Assembly: GCA_965263295.1 (NCBI GenBank)
Contig: OZ253665.1
Coordinates: forward strand, 1,440,001-1,504,000
DNA: 64,000 nt
Direction: 5' to 3'
From: Spirochaetia bacterium
GTDB lineage: Bacteria > Spirochaetota > Spirochaetia > SP-2023
Below the pieces are notes generated by a model. The model was not told where the DNA came from and searched no databases. It saw only the letters and a list, made by a program, of their open reading frames with translations. Both the position numbers and the translations under genes were made by a program. Shown here piece by piece: positions 1-10,825 of the stretch. The stretch's first letter is position 1. Each line of letters starts with the position of its first letter.

Positions 1-185
1 ATATTGTCCTGGCTTTTGTGGGTCACACGCTGCACCGAGCCGTCGCGCAGATTCTTCAACTTCAAACGCACAAATGCCGAACCTTTACCCGGATTGACGA
101 ATTCTCGCTCCACAACCATGTAGGGGAGATTTTTTTCTAGTAGAAAGGAGCCTTTTGCCAAGTCTCCCGCCTTCATAGTGGCCAT
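1..185 (-). CDS. efp: Translation elongation factor P, N-terminal part (runs off the window start)
   Basis: Not in the ORF track. Manual translation from the ATG at 185 gives MATMKAGDLAKGSFLLEKNLPYMVVEREFVNPGKGSAFVRLKLKNLRDGSV..., with the EF-P PGKG loop. Confidence 0.92.
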   Translation of the reverse strand, partial: MATMKAGDLAKGSFLLEKNLPYMVVEREFVNPGKGSAFVRLKLKNLRDGSVQRVTHKSQDN

Positions 186-587
186 AATTTATCCTTCTGC
201 AACATATTTGAAAGTCCGAGGATTATAGCAAGGCGCCGAATCAAAAGCAATTGGGCCCCGCGCCCAGGCATGCCCAAAGCAAATACGACAAAATATTTGC
301 CAGGCCACCAATAAGGCTTCCGCGAGCGCCAAACTTACTTGCGGATTTCAGCTCAATTACATTTCATTTCCAGCGGCAAGCTGCCACGAGTTATCCCGTA
401 GCCCCCACACATAAAGTGCCGGGTACTTCATGCTCTTCGCGGCCGTCTGCAGTGTGCTACAAAACTTGCCTAGAACTTGTCATCAAACTTGTCATCGGCC
501 CGTAAAGTGCCTAAGCTATCAGCCAGATCGGGAATAGCTAATTTGAAGAGACGCGGAGAGGCGCAAGGAGAAAACAAGGAGAAAAAA

Positions 588-3191
588 ATGACGAACGGCA
601 GGCAAACCCAACAAGTCCCTCCCTACTTGGCCAGCCTCAACCAAGAACAGTTAGCTGCGGTGCGACACAGCGGTTCCAACCTCCTGGTCCACGCCGGCGC
701 CGGTTCGGGAAAAACCCGCGTGGTCGTGGCCCGCATAATTCACCACATCCAGGAGCAGGGGATTCCCCCCTGGAAGATCCTGGCCGTGACCTTTACCAAT
801 CGTGCCACCCACGAAATGCGCGAGCGCCTGGCGGCCGCCCTCGATATCCAGCAGAGCGAGCGCGTGCTGATCCGCACCTTCCACGCCTTCGGCGCCTGGT
901 TTCTGCGCCGCCATGCACTGGCGGCGGGCCTCAGCCCTGGTTTCAGCATCTATGACGACGAGGACAGCCAGGCCCTGCTCAAGCAAGCCTGGACGGCAAA
1001 TGCGCGCAGCAGGACAATCATCGGCAAAAAGGCCAAACTACTGCAAAGCGCAATCGCCAGGGCCAAAGACGCGGGGCTGGGCTACGAGTCATCCAGGCTC
1101 GCCAGCGGCGAATTGCCACGCGCAGAAAAACTGGCCCTTTACTGCGGCGACCCCGACTTTCCCGAAGCCTTTAGATTTTATCAACAGGCATTAAGGCGCT
1201 GCGGCAATGCCGACTTTGCCGACCTTCTAGGACTCAGCACTCAGGTCTTGGAACGCCACGGCGAAATTCGCCAGCGAATGCAACAGCGTTTTGCACGCAT
1301 CTTGGTAGACGAATACCAGGACTCTAGCCCCCTGCAGAACCTCCTGCTGCAACTACTAGTGGGCCGGCCCGCAGACTCAGCCGCAGAGCCACCGCCTCAG
1401 TCCTTGCCTGTTTCCTCGCCCATATCTGCGCCCGTGTACTTGCTATCGGACCAAGAACTCTGCATCGTCGGCGATGAAGACCAATCAATTTACGGCTTTC
1501 GCGGAGCCGAGGTCCGTCACATATTGGAATTCTCACAAAAATTCGCGCCGGCCCACATCGTCAAACTGGAACAAAATTACCGCTCCTGCGCCCCCATACT
1601 CGACCTGGCCAATCAAGTGATTGCCCTCAACCGCGAGCGCCTGGGCAAGCAACTGCGAGCAAGCAAAAACGGCGGTGAATTGCCGCAGTTTCACCTGTTT
1701 GAAAAGTGCGAGGACGAGGCGGTGTTCATAGCCCAACGGATACGCGAGCGGCCCGGGCTGCGCAGTGCCATTCTCTACCGCACCAATGCCCAGTCGCGAA
1801 CCTTTGAGCGCATCTTCCGCGAGTGGGGCATCCCTTATCTGCTGGTGGGCAATCTCAGTTTTTACCGCCGCGAAGAAATTAAGGACGTCATAGCCTGGCT
1901 TAATATTCTGACCAACCCGCGCGACATGGTCTCCTTTGAGCGCGTCTACAACAAACCAAAGCGCGGCCTCGGACCACGCGTCCTCGAAAGTATTCAGGCC
2001 GCCATGCAGCAGTTGTCCCCAAACGACGGCCGTGGCCCGGCAGCGGGCGAGGCGGGCGAGGCTAGCATTGTCGCCGCCATGGAAATGCTGATCGCACAGA
2101 AAACTCTGGCCAGCCGCAGTCTGCAAGCTTTGGAACAGCTGCGGCAATGTTATTGCCGGCTGCAGGCCGGCCTGGGTCCGACTACAGAACTGGCAAATTT
2201 TGACGATTTGGCGCCAGAAAACCGGATAGAGGACTCAGATCAACAAGAGGGCGCCGGCAGCTTGGCCGCCAATGACGGCGAGGGGCTGCTGCTCGTCGAG
2301 CTACTGCAAGAAGTACTGCGGCACAGCGGGCTCTTGGCCTACTACCAGGAGCGCGACGAACAAGAAGGCAGCGAACGCTGCCTGAACTTTGACAGCCTGC
2401 TAGAAGAAGCCCAACATTACGGCCGCGGCATAAAAACCCTGCTCGCTTTCCTCGAAAGCGTCAAACTGGAAACCGAAGAACTGGAGCGGCAAGAAGAAAC
2501 CGAAGCCCAGAGAGAAGAGCAGCGCCGCCGCGCACAGCGGCAAACTTTAATCACCATGCACAACACCAAGGGTCTCGAATTCCAGCGCGTCTTTGTCACC
2601 GGGCTTGAGCTCGGCATTTTCCCTAAATTCGACGCCCTGGCCGACACCCGCCGAATGGAAGAAGAGCGCCGCTTATTTTATGTGGCGATCACCCGCGCCG
2701 AAGAACAACTCTACCTGAGCGCGGCCCGCTATCGCCGACTCTACGGCCAAACCCAATGCCGCGAAATATCGCCGCTGCTGCGTGAAGTAGACCCGGCTTT
2801 CTACGAGGATTGCAGCCCGCAGGAACATACAGGCAAGACTCGCCGGCCCCGGCCAGCAATGCCTTCGACTCCTAGGGAAAGAGTCCAGGAGCGCGGCGAA
2901 TTCAGGGGTCAACAAACAAATAGACGTGGTAAAAGTTCCGCTTTGCGGGATTGCAAGGCTCTCTCCGCAGAGCAACTAAGGCAAATGGCTGGCGATAAGA
3001 AGGCCGCGGATGACCCCTTCGTCGTCGGTGCCCGCGTCGAACATCTGGACTACGGCCTGGGCTACGTGGTGCAAAGAAAGAGCTCCGCTAAGATCACCAC
3101 CCTAATGATTAAGCTCGACGACGGCCGTCTGATTCGATTGCAGTTGGAATTTCAAAGCGAAAAACTGGATTTTCTGGGCACGGGATTGTAG
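588..3191 (+). CDS. uvrD: ATP-dependent DNA helicase UvrD/PcrA (SF1A)
   Basis: Motifs AGAGSGKT, VTFTNRA, LVDEYQD, VGDEDQSIYGFRGA, LEQNYRS, TMHNTKGLEF and EERRLFYVAITRA, plus a C-terminal Tudor-like VGARVEHLDYGLG. Start moved to ATG 588, which follows an AAGGAG RBS; the ORF track starts at 477. Confidence 0.95.
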   Translation: MTNGRQTQQVPPYLASLNQEQLAAVRHSGSNLLVHAGAGSGKTRVVVARIIHHIQEQGIPPWKILAVTFTNRATHEMRERLAAALDIQQSERVLIRTFHAFGAWFLRRHALAAGLSPGFSIYDDEDSQALLKQAWTANARSRTIIGKKAKLLQSAIARAKDAGLGYESSRLASGELPRAEKLALYCGDPDFPEAFRFYQQALRRCGNADFADLLGLSTQVLERHGEIRQRMQQRFARILVDEYQDSSPLQNLLLQLLVGRPADSAAEPPPQSLPVSSPISAPVYLLSDQELCIVGDEDQSIYGFRGAEVRHILEFSQKFAPAHIVKLEQNYRSCAPILDLANQVIALNRERLGKQLRASKNGGELPQFHLFEKCEDEAVFIAQRIRERPGLRSAILYRTNAQSRTFERIFREWGIPYLLVGNLSFYRREEIKDVIAWLNILTNPRDMVSFERVYNKPKRGLGPRVLESIQAAMQQLSPNDGRGPAAGEAGEASIVAAMEMLIAQKTLASRSLQALEQLRQCYCRLQAGLGPTTELANFDDLAPENRIEDSDQQEGAGSLAANDGEGLLLVELLQEVLRHSGLLAYYQERDEQEGSERCLNFDSLLEEAQHYGRGIKTLLAFLESVKLETEELERQEETEAQREEQRRRAQRQTLITMHNTKGLEFQRVFVTGLELGIFPKFDALADTRRMEEERRLFYVAITRAEEQLYLSAARYRRLYGQTQCREISPLLREVDPAFYEDCSPQEHTGKTRRPRPAMPSTPRERVQERGEFRGQQTNRRGKSSALRDCKALSAEQLRQMAGDKKAADDPFVVGARVEHLDYGLGYVVQRKSSAKITTLMIKLDDGRLIRLQLEFQSEKLDFLGTGL

Positions 3192-3323
3192 AACGGCAAT
3201 CCTTGATTAAAAGCTCAATTCAAGGCTTGATTAAAGGCGGCTTGCAAATTGGCGTATTCAGAACAGCTCCGTATAATGCCGCCAATGAAACATTTTAATA
3301 AAGCATTTTCTTGGAGTATTTTA

Positions 3324-4232
3324 ATGGAGCATTTTAATGAGCGACCTGATATGCGGATACTCTGCTTTGACTCGGGCATTGGCGGTCTCCCGTATCTCAA
3401 GCGCTTACGCCAGAGTATTTTGGCGGCGCAAGGTCGTGCTGTTTCCTACGACGTACAATGGCTCTACCTTGCCGACAACGCGTACTTTCCCTTTGGAGAA
3501 AAAGACTGCGACGAGCTGCGCGAGCGCATATGCCAGATTATCACTCAAGCCCTGCGGCGCTACCCCGCGGAACTGACGGTGTTATTGTGCAACACGGCCA
3601 CGGTTCTGGCCTTGAACGATCTGCGACAAAGGTTGCCACAGCAGCAGTTTGTCGGCACTGTGCCGGCGACAAAGCCGGCGGCGGCGGCGTCGCAGCGGCG
3701 GCGCATCGCCATGCTGGCCTCGCGCAGTACCAGTCGGGCCGACTACGTGGCCAGGCTGCATCGCCAATTTGCCAGCGACTGCCAGCTCACGGCCATCAAC
3801 GCGGCCCAGCTGATTCGATTTATCGAAGAAGACTGGCCCGAAATGCTACAAGACAGCCAGCCGGATGCCAGTGCCACGCAAACTGCAGCCATTCGGGCGG
3901 CGATTGAGCCCTTTGTCCTGCCCGTGCTGGAATCCGGTGCGGACCAGATCGTACTCGGCTGCACACACTTTCTCCACCTGAAAACGCACTTGCAAAAACA
4001 ATTGCAGGCCGCCGATCCCGAACTGCGGCTGTGCGACTCAATGGCGGGCGTCAGCCAGCGCCTCGTTCAGCTATTCCAGCAAGCGAGGCAACGCAGCCCA
4101 GCAGCCGGTTCCAAGACAATTGCACACCTTCAGAATTCTGGTGACCGCTTGCTGCTCAGCAATGACAAGGATCTCCGGCGCTGGCAGTTCTGGGCATACC
4201 AATACGACCTAGGGATTGAATTTCTGGCGTGA
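3324..4232 (+). CDS. murI: Glutamate racemase
   Basis: FDSGIGGL, YLADNAYFPFGEK, CNTAT and LGCTHF catalytic cysteine motifs. Start is uncertain (3324 has a GGAG upstream; 3351 is also possible). Confidence 0.95.
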   Translation: MEHFNERPDMRILCFDSGIGGLPYLKRLRQSILAAQGRAVSYDVQWLYLADNAYFPFGEKDCDELRERICQIITQALRRYPAELTVLLCNTATVLALNDLRQRLPQQQFVGTVPATKPAAAASQRRRIAMLASRSTSRADYVARLHRQFASDCQLTAINAAQLIRFIEEDWPEMLQDSQPDASATQTAAIRAAIEPFVLPVLESGADQIVLGCTHFLHLKTHLQKQLQAADPELRLCDSMAGVSQRLVQLFQQARQRSPAAGSKTIAHLQNSGDRLLLSNDKDLRRWQFWAYQYDLGIEFLA

Positions 4233-5665
4233 AGGAACAAACCGCGCGACGGCCGCAACCAAGTATCGACAGTTTGAGCGCCCTGCTACAGCGCCAGGCC
4301 CAAGATTGCCGCGCGCTGATTGAAGCTCCCGACGACCAATTGGGGCAAATACTCTGGGGCGCCAACAACATTTTTCTGGTAGCTTGTCAGGATGGGAGCC
4401 AACGCAAATGCCGCCTGCGCGGCAAGACCCTCAAGCATCCCGGAGTCGAGCGCGAGCATAACCCCTTAATATGTGGCGACCTGGTACTTCTTGAAATCGG
4501 CAACTTAACCCAGGGCCCACAACAAAACGAAGGCCTGATTTATCGTCGTCTCGAAAGACGCAACGTCCTGCAGCGGCGCAATATTAAGCGCGGAGAGCCG
4601 CAATCCCTGGCCGCCAACATCGACGGTGTCGTTTTGCTGGCCTCCTGGTCCGAGCCGCCGCTGCGCAGGGCGTTCCTCGACCGCCTACTGATTGCCGCCC
4701 AGTGTGGCGACAACTCAATTATCTTACTCTTGAACAAAATCGACTGCGTCCAAAGCTTTGGCGAGCTAAAACGCCTCCAGCTGTTCCTTAAAGAATACCG
4801 CAAAATAGGACTGGAAATCTGGCCGATATCGGTACGGTTACTGCACAAAAAAAATATGGTGAAAAACTCGGCGGCAAATGTTCCTCGCGCAAAGCATATG
4901 CCAGGTGAAGCGCCGACCCAATCATATTGGCAGCGAATTCAGTGCCACCTGGCGCAGATATGGATTCGCCGCCGCTACCTCAAGCCAGCGCAAAGGCGCC
5001 TAATGCAGCTCTACCAATCCTTTCAAGATCGTTTATATGTCATACTCGGCGCTTCCGGAGTCGGCAAATCCAGCCTTTGTAATTATCTTTTCCCCGAACA
5101 ATGGCAAGAGACGCGCAGCATTTCGCGAAAATGGCAACGCGGTGTGCATACCACCACCCTAGCCCGCACAATCATGCATTACCATGGCACACAATGTTAC
5201 CGCTTAATTGACACGCCCGGAATGCGCAACTTCTTGCCCGAAATTATCCCAAACGAGTTGCCGCAGTTACAGAACTACTACCCCGAATTCGCCAGTTTGC
5301 GCAAGATTTGCGGCTACAGCAGCTGCCAGCACCGCAGCGAACCCGACTGCGCAGTACGCGACGCCGCCGAATGCGGACTTATTCCCCTGGCGCGTTACAA
5401 CTCCTACCTCAAGTTATATAGCGACTTGGAGGCCAGTTTTGCCGAGAAGCCAGAATATCAGATTCAAAGCAAAGGCAAAAATACGGCAGCGAGCAAAAAA
5501 TCGGAAAAGAATACCAATGACAGCAGGCTAAATGCCCCCCTCCCAAAAAACAACAGCAAAAACAAGGGCCAAGGACGCCGTGGCGATCACAGCCAAGGAC
5601 GAGATAAGGAACGCAAGCAGAAACGCAGAAAATTGCAGTTTGACCGAGAGGGGAATTGGGACTGA
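4229..5665 (+). CDS. rsgA: Ribosome small subunit-dependent GTPase A
   Basis: Circularly permuted GTPase (NKID ... GASGVGKS ... HTTT ... DTPG) and Zn finger CGYSSCQHRSEPDC. Carries an extra insertion and a basic C-terminal tail. Confidence 0.93.
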   Translation: MKEQTARRPQPSIDSLSALLQRQAQDCRALIEAPDDQLGQILWGANNIFLVACQDGSQRKCRLRGKTLKHPGVEREHNPLICGDLVLLEIGNLTQGPQQNEGLIYRRLERRNVLQRRNIKRGEPQSLAANIDGVVLLASWSEPPLRRAFLDRLLIAAQCGDNSIILLLNKIDCVQSFGELKRLQLFLKEYRKIGLEIWPISVRLLHKKNMVKNSAANVPRAKHMPGEAPTQSYWQRIQCHLAQIWIRRRYLKPAQRRLMQLYQSFQDRLYVILGASGVGKSSLCNYLFPEQWQETRSISRKWQRGVHTTTLARTIMHYHGTQCYRLIDTPGMRNFLPEIIPNELPQLQNYYPEFASLRKICGYSSCQHRSEPDCAVRDAAECGLIPLARYNSYLKLYSDLEASFAEKPEYQIQSKGKNTAASKKSEKNTNDSRLNAPLPKNNSKNKGQGRRGDHSQGRDKERKQKRRKLQFDREGNWD

Positions 5666-5933
5666 GAAGATTGTTCATCACTTCTTCAGAGTAAAATAAG
5701 AGCTTTCTGCCAAGTAAAATTGAGACGATTGGCAGAGCAAGAGCTTATTTTTAATCAAATGAAGATTTTGTGTCATATGTTTTGCGACTATCCAGGGGCT
5801 GGCTATTTCTATATAATGGCCTAAACTTCGATTAAACGTGCGGGCTAAAGTCGTGAAAGTATGCCGCATATGCAGCTTTTTTGCCGCAGCGAAGTAATAG
5901 TTAGGGAGCACTACCCAAGGAAAACCTTTCAGA

Positions 5934-8249
5934 ATGTACAAAATCAATGTCTGCCCCGGCGTATACATCGTTAATGTCAATGAAATTGACCTGCACATCC
6001 TCTGTGGCTGCCCGATGGATATTGTCAAATTATTGACACGCAAGGGTATCATTTGCGGCATCGAAAAAGATGGCGTCAAATTCCAAACTGGCCCCAATGC
6101 CATACTGCTCTCTGACGTGGCGTCTCAAAACGGCCAATTCTGTAATCTGATAGAATTCCCCATCCTGCACATGCAGTACAAAAAGGGCATGTCACTGCCA
6201 AAACACCCGAATAACAACGGTAGCCGTCCCCTCTTAATTGGCCTGCCCTATCAAATTAATGCCCAGTGCAACTATTTTATCCGTGGCAAATATGGCCTTA
6301 TTTCAGTCAGGGAACTGATGGAGGCCGGCTTTGAACAACAGCAGGCTATCGACCTGATGCGTATGAAAATGCGCTTCAACTTTGGCCGCTTACGCAAAGT
6401 AGAAGAACAGCTGGACCTGCTCTACATTGAAGGAAACTACCGCAAAGAAATTCGCGACGGTTTATATGTCCGGCGCATAGCCCACAACTTGTACGAGTTC
6501 AGCTTGGGCAAAGAAACCGTGCAAGTGGACCTGAATCTATTTGCCCAGGAAACGTATGAGATTCCATATAACCTGGACTACCACAAGCCCAGCGCCGAAT
6601 ATTTTGCCGTAACTCATCTGGGGGAAGGCAACGGTTGGGATACCGATCGCGCCTGTATGTCGTCGTTAATTTGCTACCAGGGCCGCTATTTTCTAGTCGA
6701 CGCCCCTCCCGGCGTCGACCGCCTGCTCAGTGCGGCAGGAATATCAATCAACGAGCTGGAAGGTATTTTCCACACGCATAGCCACGACGACCACTTTGCC
6801 GGCCTAACTTCGCTGATCCGCTCTGACCGTCGACTAAAATATTTTGCCACAAAAGCCGTACGTTACTCCGTGACCAAGAAACTGTCCGCCGTATTATCCG
6901 TAGACGAACGCATGTTTTTTCGCATGTTCAAATGTTTTGACCTGGAATTTAACCAATGGAACGATATTGACGGTCTGGAAGTCATGCCCCTGCTCTCACC
7001 ACACCCAGTTGAAACATCTATTTTATACTTCCGCACCTTGTGGCACGACAAATATTGCAGCTACGGACATTTGGCAGATACCTGTTCAGACCGTGTCCTG
7101 CAAAGCTTCATCACCGAAGATCCGACGGCATACGGCATCAGCATGGACGACTACAAGCGTGTCAGACAGTCCTATCTGGTACCCAGTGACCTAAAGAAAG
7201 TGGACATCGGTGGTGGTCTGATCCATGGTGATGCCATCGATTTTAAAGATGATATTTCCAAAAAGATCGTGCTCTGCCATATCGAACGTCCATTGGATGG
7301 CATCGAAAAAGAAATAGGCACCAACGCCACTTTTGCCCTAACCGACACCCTGATACCAGCAAAGCTCAACTTCTACATGAAACGCGCGGAGAACTGGCTG
7401 AGAGAGACCCTGCCTCTAGCTGCCGAGCGCGACCTAAACATGTTGCTCAACGGTGAGATCCTGCACCTCAACGTCGGTACAATTATTATCAAGAAGGACG
7501 AAAAACCCTTAAATATTTATCTGCTATTAACCGGAGTGATCGGCGGGATCAACGTCGAAGATGATATTTCGATTACTTTCAATACCGGTTCGCTGGTTGG
7601 CTCTTCGTTTGTCCTTTTTGACACACCTTCTAATCTAACCTTTCGGGCCGAAAGTTACGTGACTTTACTGGAAATTCCCAAAAGTATTTACCTACATATT
7701 TTAAACAGCAATGATGCCATCCGGCAATTCACTGACACGCAGTATCGAATTGACTACCTGCAATCTCTGAGCCTGTTTTCCGACAGCGTCGGTGAGAGTG
7801 TCCTGCGTTACATTTCAAATAATATCGAAATATATGAAAGCGAGCCGGGCGAGCTGATCAATTGCTGCGACCTGCCAGGACTATATATTGTTTTCCAAGG
7901 TTCAGTCGGTATTTTTGAAGACAATGAAACTAAGGATCTGTTTGTCGGTGGCGATATCTTCGGTGAAGAAACTGTTCTTCCCGGAGTCGGCACCCATTAC
8001 AGTTATGAGACTGTGCAAAAAACCATTATTTACCATATCCCGACAGAAATTATCCACCGCATTCCGGTAGTTCAGTGGAAATTGATGGAACTGCACAATA
8101 TCAAGACGAGTCGCATTATGTTCACCCAGCGTGAACCGACTTTTGAAATTGCCAATGACTTTGCGGACGAACTGCAACAATTGCAAAGACAAACAGAAAA
8201 AACGGCCTCAAGTAACGTTGGAGACAACCCTGAAGGCAAGCCCCAATAA
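5934..8249 (+). CDS. Metallo-beta-lactamase-fold hydrolase with two C-terminal cyclic-nucleotide-binding domains
   Basis: HxHxDH motif (THSHDDHFAG) and SPHPVET. Two cNMP-like segments (IYLLLTGVI...GSLVGS...TFRAES and LYIVFQGSV...GDIFGEE). Confidence 0.75.
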   Translation: MYKINVCPGVYIVNVNEIDLHILCGCPMDIVKLLTRKGIICGIEKDGVKFQTGPNAILLSDVASQNGQFCNLIEFPILHMQYKKGMSLPKHPNNNGSRPLLIGLPYQINAQCNYFIRGKYGLISVRELMEAGFEQQQAIDLMRMKMRFNFGRLRKVEEQLDLLYIEGNYRKEIRDGLYVRRIAHNLYEFSLGKETVQVDLNLFAQETYEIPYNLDYHKPSAEYFAVTHLGEGNGWDTDRACMSSLICYQGRYFLVDAPPGVDRLLSAAGISINELEGIFHTHSHDDHFAGLTSLIRSDRRLKYFATKAVRYSVTKKLSAVLSVDERMFFRMFKCFDLEFNQWNDIDGLEVMPLLSPHPVETSILYFRTLWHDKYCSYGHLADTCSDRVLQSFITEDPTAYGISMDDYKRVRQSYLVPSDLKKVDIGGGLIHGDAIDFKDDISKKIVLCHIERPLDGIEKEIGTNATFALTDTLIPAKLNFYMKRAENWLRETLPLAAERDLNMLLNGEILHLNVGTIIIKKDEKPLNIYLLLTGVIGGINVEDDISITFNTGSLVGSSFVLFDTPSNLTFRAESYVTLLEIPKSIYLHILNSNDAIRQFTDTQYRIDYLQSLSLFSDSVGESVLRYISNNIEIYESEPGELINCCDLPGLYIVFQGSVGIFEDNETKDLFVGGDIFGEETVLPGVGTHYSYETVQKTIIYHIPTEIIHRIPVVQWKLMELHNIKTSRIMFTQREPTFEIANDFADELQQLQRQTEKTASSNVGDNPEGKPQ

Positions 8250-8258
8250 ATAATCAGA

Positions 8259-9815
8259 ATGGACTTACGCAGCGAACATATCTCGGGCGAGAGCTACTTC
8301 CAGCTAGATGATGCCATTTTTGCTTTAGCTACCGTACCGGGCAAAAGTGCGGTAGCCGTGTTTCGCTGTAGCGGAACACAAGTCTGGAAATTCTTTGAAG
8401 GCAGCTTTTCCCGCTACCATGCCCTTGTTCGGGCTGTCAGTCATAGTGCTACTTACGGCTTTTTGCTGCAACCCGAAGATCGGGAAAAAGTCGATGAGGT
8501 TTTATTGCTTAAATTCTGTGCTCCTAGCAGTTACAGCGGCGAAGACATGTTAGAAATTCACTGCCACGGCAGCATTGCCGTCTTGGACGCAGTGCGCAGG
8601 CTACTGCAACGGCTGGGCCTGCGCGAAGCTGAGCGCGGCGAATTCACCTACCGCAGTATCAAATATGGCAAACGCAATCTGCACCAGGCCGAAGCCATCG
8701 CGTTGCTCGCAGAAAGCCAAAGTCAAAACCAGCGCCGCAGCGCGTTAGAACAACTCAGCAGTACCTTGTTGCCAAAGCTGCAGCAATTTCGCGGCGAACT
8801 ACTGCAAGTCTTGGCACGCAGCGAACTGCAATTGGATTATGACGAGACCGAACTAGAATTCCACTACGAGCTACCCGACAGCCTGCCCCTGGCTCAAAGC
8901 TGCCTGCAATACCTAGGCGACTGCCTGGCCTCCTATCGCCTGCAGAAAAACTTTTGGAAAGAATATAAAGTTGTACTGGTCGGTGCCACCAATAGTGGAA
9001 AATCGTCATTATTTAATCGTCTGTTGACGCGCGATCGTTCCATTGTCTCCGAACGCGCGGGCACGACCCGCGACTACCTGGAGTCGCGACTGGAGCTGGG
9101 CGGGCAGACAATCTTGTTATACGACAGTGCCGGGCTCCGCTCCTTCAGTGATGACCCCATTGAAAAACAAGGCATACAACGCACCTGGGAGCTGCTGGAA
9201 CAGGCAGATTTTTTGCTGCTGCTCAGCGACGTGCGCATTGCCTGGCCACAATGCCAACAAAAAGTCTCAATGCCCAGTTCTGAAGAACATGAAATTACGG
9301 ACTCTGCAGCAGCCCACAGTGAGCTGGAGCAACTGCGCAAACAACTTTTACAGCTGGCTACCGAACGCCGGCTAAACCTGATTGAAATCTGGAACAAATG
9401 CGACTTGCTTGACTCAAAACAGATATTTCATCTGCAGGCAAACATGTCTTCGTTGCAACGCACACACAATGGACAAAGCGGCTATCGCCTATTACTTTGC
9501 TCGGCCCACAGTGGCCGCGGCCTGGCACAATTAGTTACCGAACTGGAAACTTCACTGAAAAGATACAAAGGCCCACAACAAGAGGCTCCCGTCAGCGAAC
9601 GCCAAGCCAGACTCTTACAAGAGGCCGCGGATTTGCTCGCAGAATACTGTGATGGTTTGCGAAGCCAGATCCATGAATGCCCTGAGCTCTTTGACCTGGA
9701 TTGGGCCAGTGAGTTATTGCGCCAGATCTGTGGCCGTCTCGGTGAAGTTAGCGGCGAGGCATGCAACGCTACAATTCTACGTGAAATTTTTCAACAGTTC
9801 TGTGTCGGCAAATGA
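8259..9815 (+). CDS. mnmE: tRNA modification GTPase MnmE/TrmE
   Basis: SYSGEDMLEIHCHGS, GATNSGKSS, AGTTRD, DSAG, NKCD and the terminal FCVGK. Confidence 0.96.
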   Translation: MDLRSEHISGESYFQLDDAIFALATVPGKSAVAVFRCSGTQVWKFFEGSFSRYHALVRAVSHSATYGFLLQPEDREKVDEVLLLKFCAPSSYSGEDMLEIHCHGSIAVLDAVRRLLQRLGLREAERGEFTYRSIKYGKRNLHQAEAIALLAESQSQNQRRSALEQLSSTLLPKLQQFRGELLQVLARSELQLDYDETELEFHYELPDSLPLAQSCLQYLGDCLASYRLQKNFWKEYKVVLVGATNSGKSSLFNRLLTRDRSIVSERAGTTRDYLESRLELGGQTILLYDSAGLRSFSDDPIEKQGIQRTWELLEQADFLLLLSDVRIAWPQCQQKVSMPSSEEHEITDSAAAHSELEQLRKQLLQLATERRLNLIEIWNKCDLLDSKQIFHLQANMSSLQRTHNGQSGYRLLLCSAHSGRGLAQLVTELETSLKRYKGPQQEAPVSERQARLLQEAADLLAEYCDGLRSQIHECPELFDLDWASELLRQICGRLGEVSGEACNATILREIFQQFCVGK

Positions 9816-10013
9816 GCAAAGGATGCTGAAATTAGTCCGCAGGCGAGCTCGCGAAGCGTCAAGCTTGCCTAGATCCGCGGAAAATTGTTATACTGGATTG
9901 CTTTGCGCAACCTTTGCCCCAGCCCCCTTAAAAAAGCGGACTTGGAATTATCCCCGTCTGCGGAGGCCTCGCCAATCGCCAGCCCATCAGAGTAAATCCA
10001 TTTAGGCCAGACC

Positions 10014-10775
10014 ATGCATAAGAACTATTTGATCATCCAGAAAAAGCACTTGCACACACCTTGTCTTTCCATTCCCTTGCCCAAGATATCTCAGCAGAGA
10101 GATTCCAGTTTTTTACGCGGTGTCCTGACAAACCACATACTAGTGACACTTGTCGGTTTCATGTCAGCAGCCTTTAGTACCTTGAGCGCACAAGAGACTG
10201 TGACCCAATTTTTCTCCCGAGCCGAGGCTGCATATTCGCAGATACAAGACTATAAAGCTTTATGGCGTATTAGCATAAGTGGAAGAGAATCTGTGGCTAC
10301 GGCCTATTACAAAACCCCAGGCAACGTACTACTCGACTACACAACCCCTAGCAAACGTTTCATTTTGATTACAGATAAAGAACTGGTTATTTTTAACCGT
10401 AAGAATAATATTTTGATGACACAGCCTCTTGAAGGCCCCGTCGCCGGGCCGCCCAGCTTGCGCGTGATGCGCCGCCTGTACTCTATGCGTTACAAATACC
10501 CCACAGGCTCCAAGCCGGTCAAGGAAGAGGGCATTGAAACGCCTGTCATCGTGCTGCTACTCAACCCCATTAACTCTGCGGTACGAACTGAAGAACTCAA
10601 AGTAAGTTTCTACGCGGACACCTTGCTGATGCGTCAAATAAAAGGATCGTGGTACGGCACCAGAGTTGAATACAACTTCCTCGACATTAAGACCAATATT
10701 GGTTTAAACGATGCCATTTTCAAGCCTCAGGACCCTCCCGGCGCCAAAGAGTGGGCCAATTTCCTACAGGATTAG
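10014..10775 (+). CDS. lolA: Outer-membrane lipoprotein carrier LolA-like protein
   Basis: Signal-like hydrophobic stretch and a LolA-like pattern (YYKTPGNVLLDYTTP...IFNRKNN...IKTNIGLNDAIF). Lies upstream of a RodZ-like gene. True start is probably downstream of 10014. Confidence 0.65.
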   Translation: MHKNYLIIQKKHLHTPCLSIPLPKISQQRDSSFLRGVLTNHILVTLVGFMSAAFSTLSAQETVTQFFSRAEAAYSQIQDYKALWRISISGRESVATAYYKTPGNVLLDYTTPSKRFILITDKELVIFNRKNNILMTQPLEGPVAGPPSLRVMRRLYSMRYKYPTGSKPVKEEGIETPVIVLLLNPINSAVRTEELKVSFYADTLLMRQIKGSWYGTRVEYNFLDIKTNIGLNDAIFKPQDPPGAKEWANFLQD

Positions 10776-10825
10776 ACAAATGGAAGCCAAACGCACAGAT
10801 ATTTGCGGGATATTGGAGCTGCCAG

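Noticed and set aside
5678..6103. 141-aa minus-strand ORF
   Set aside because: Overlaps the start of the well-supported MBL/cNMP gene in antisense and has no recognisable features.
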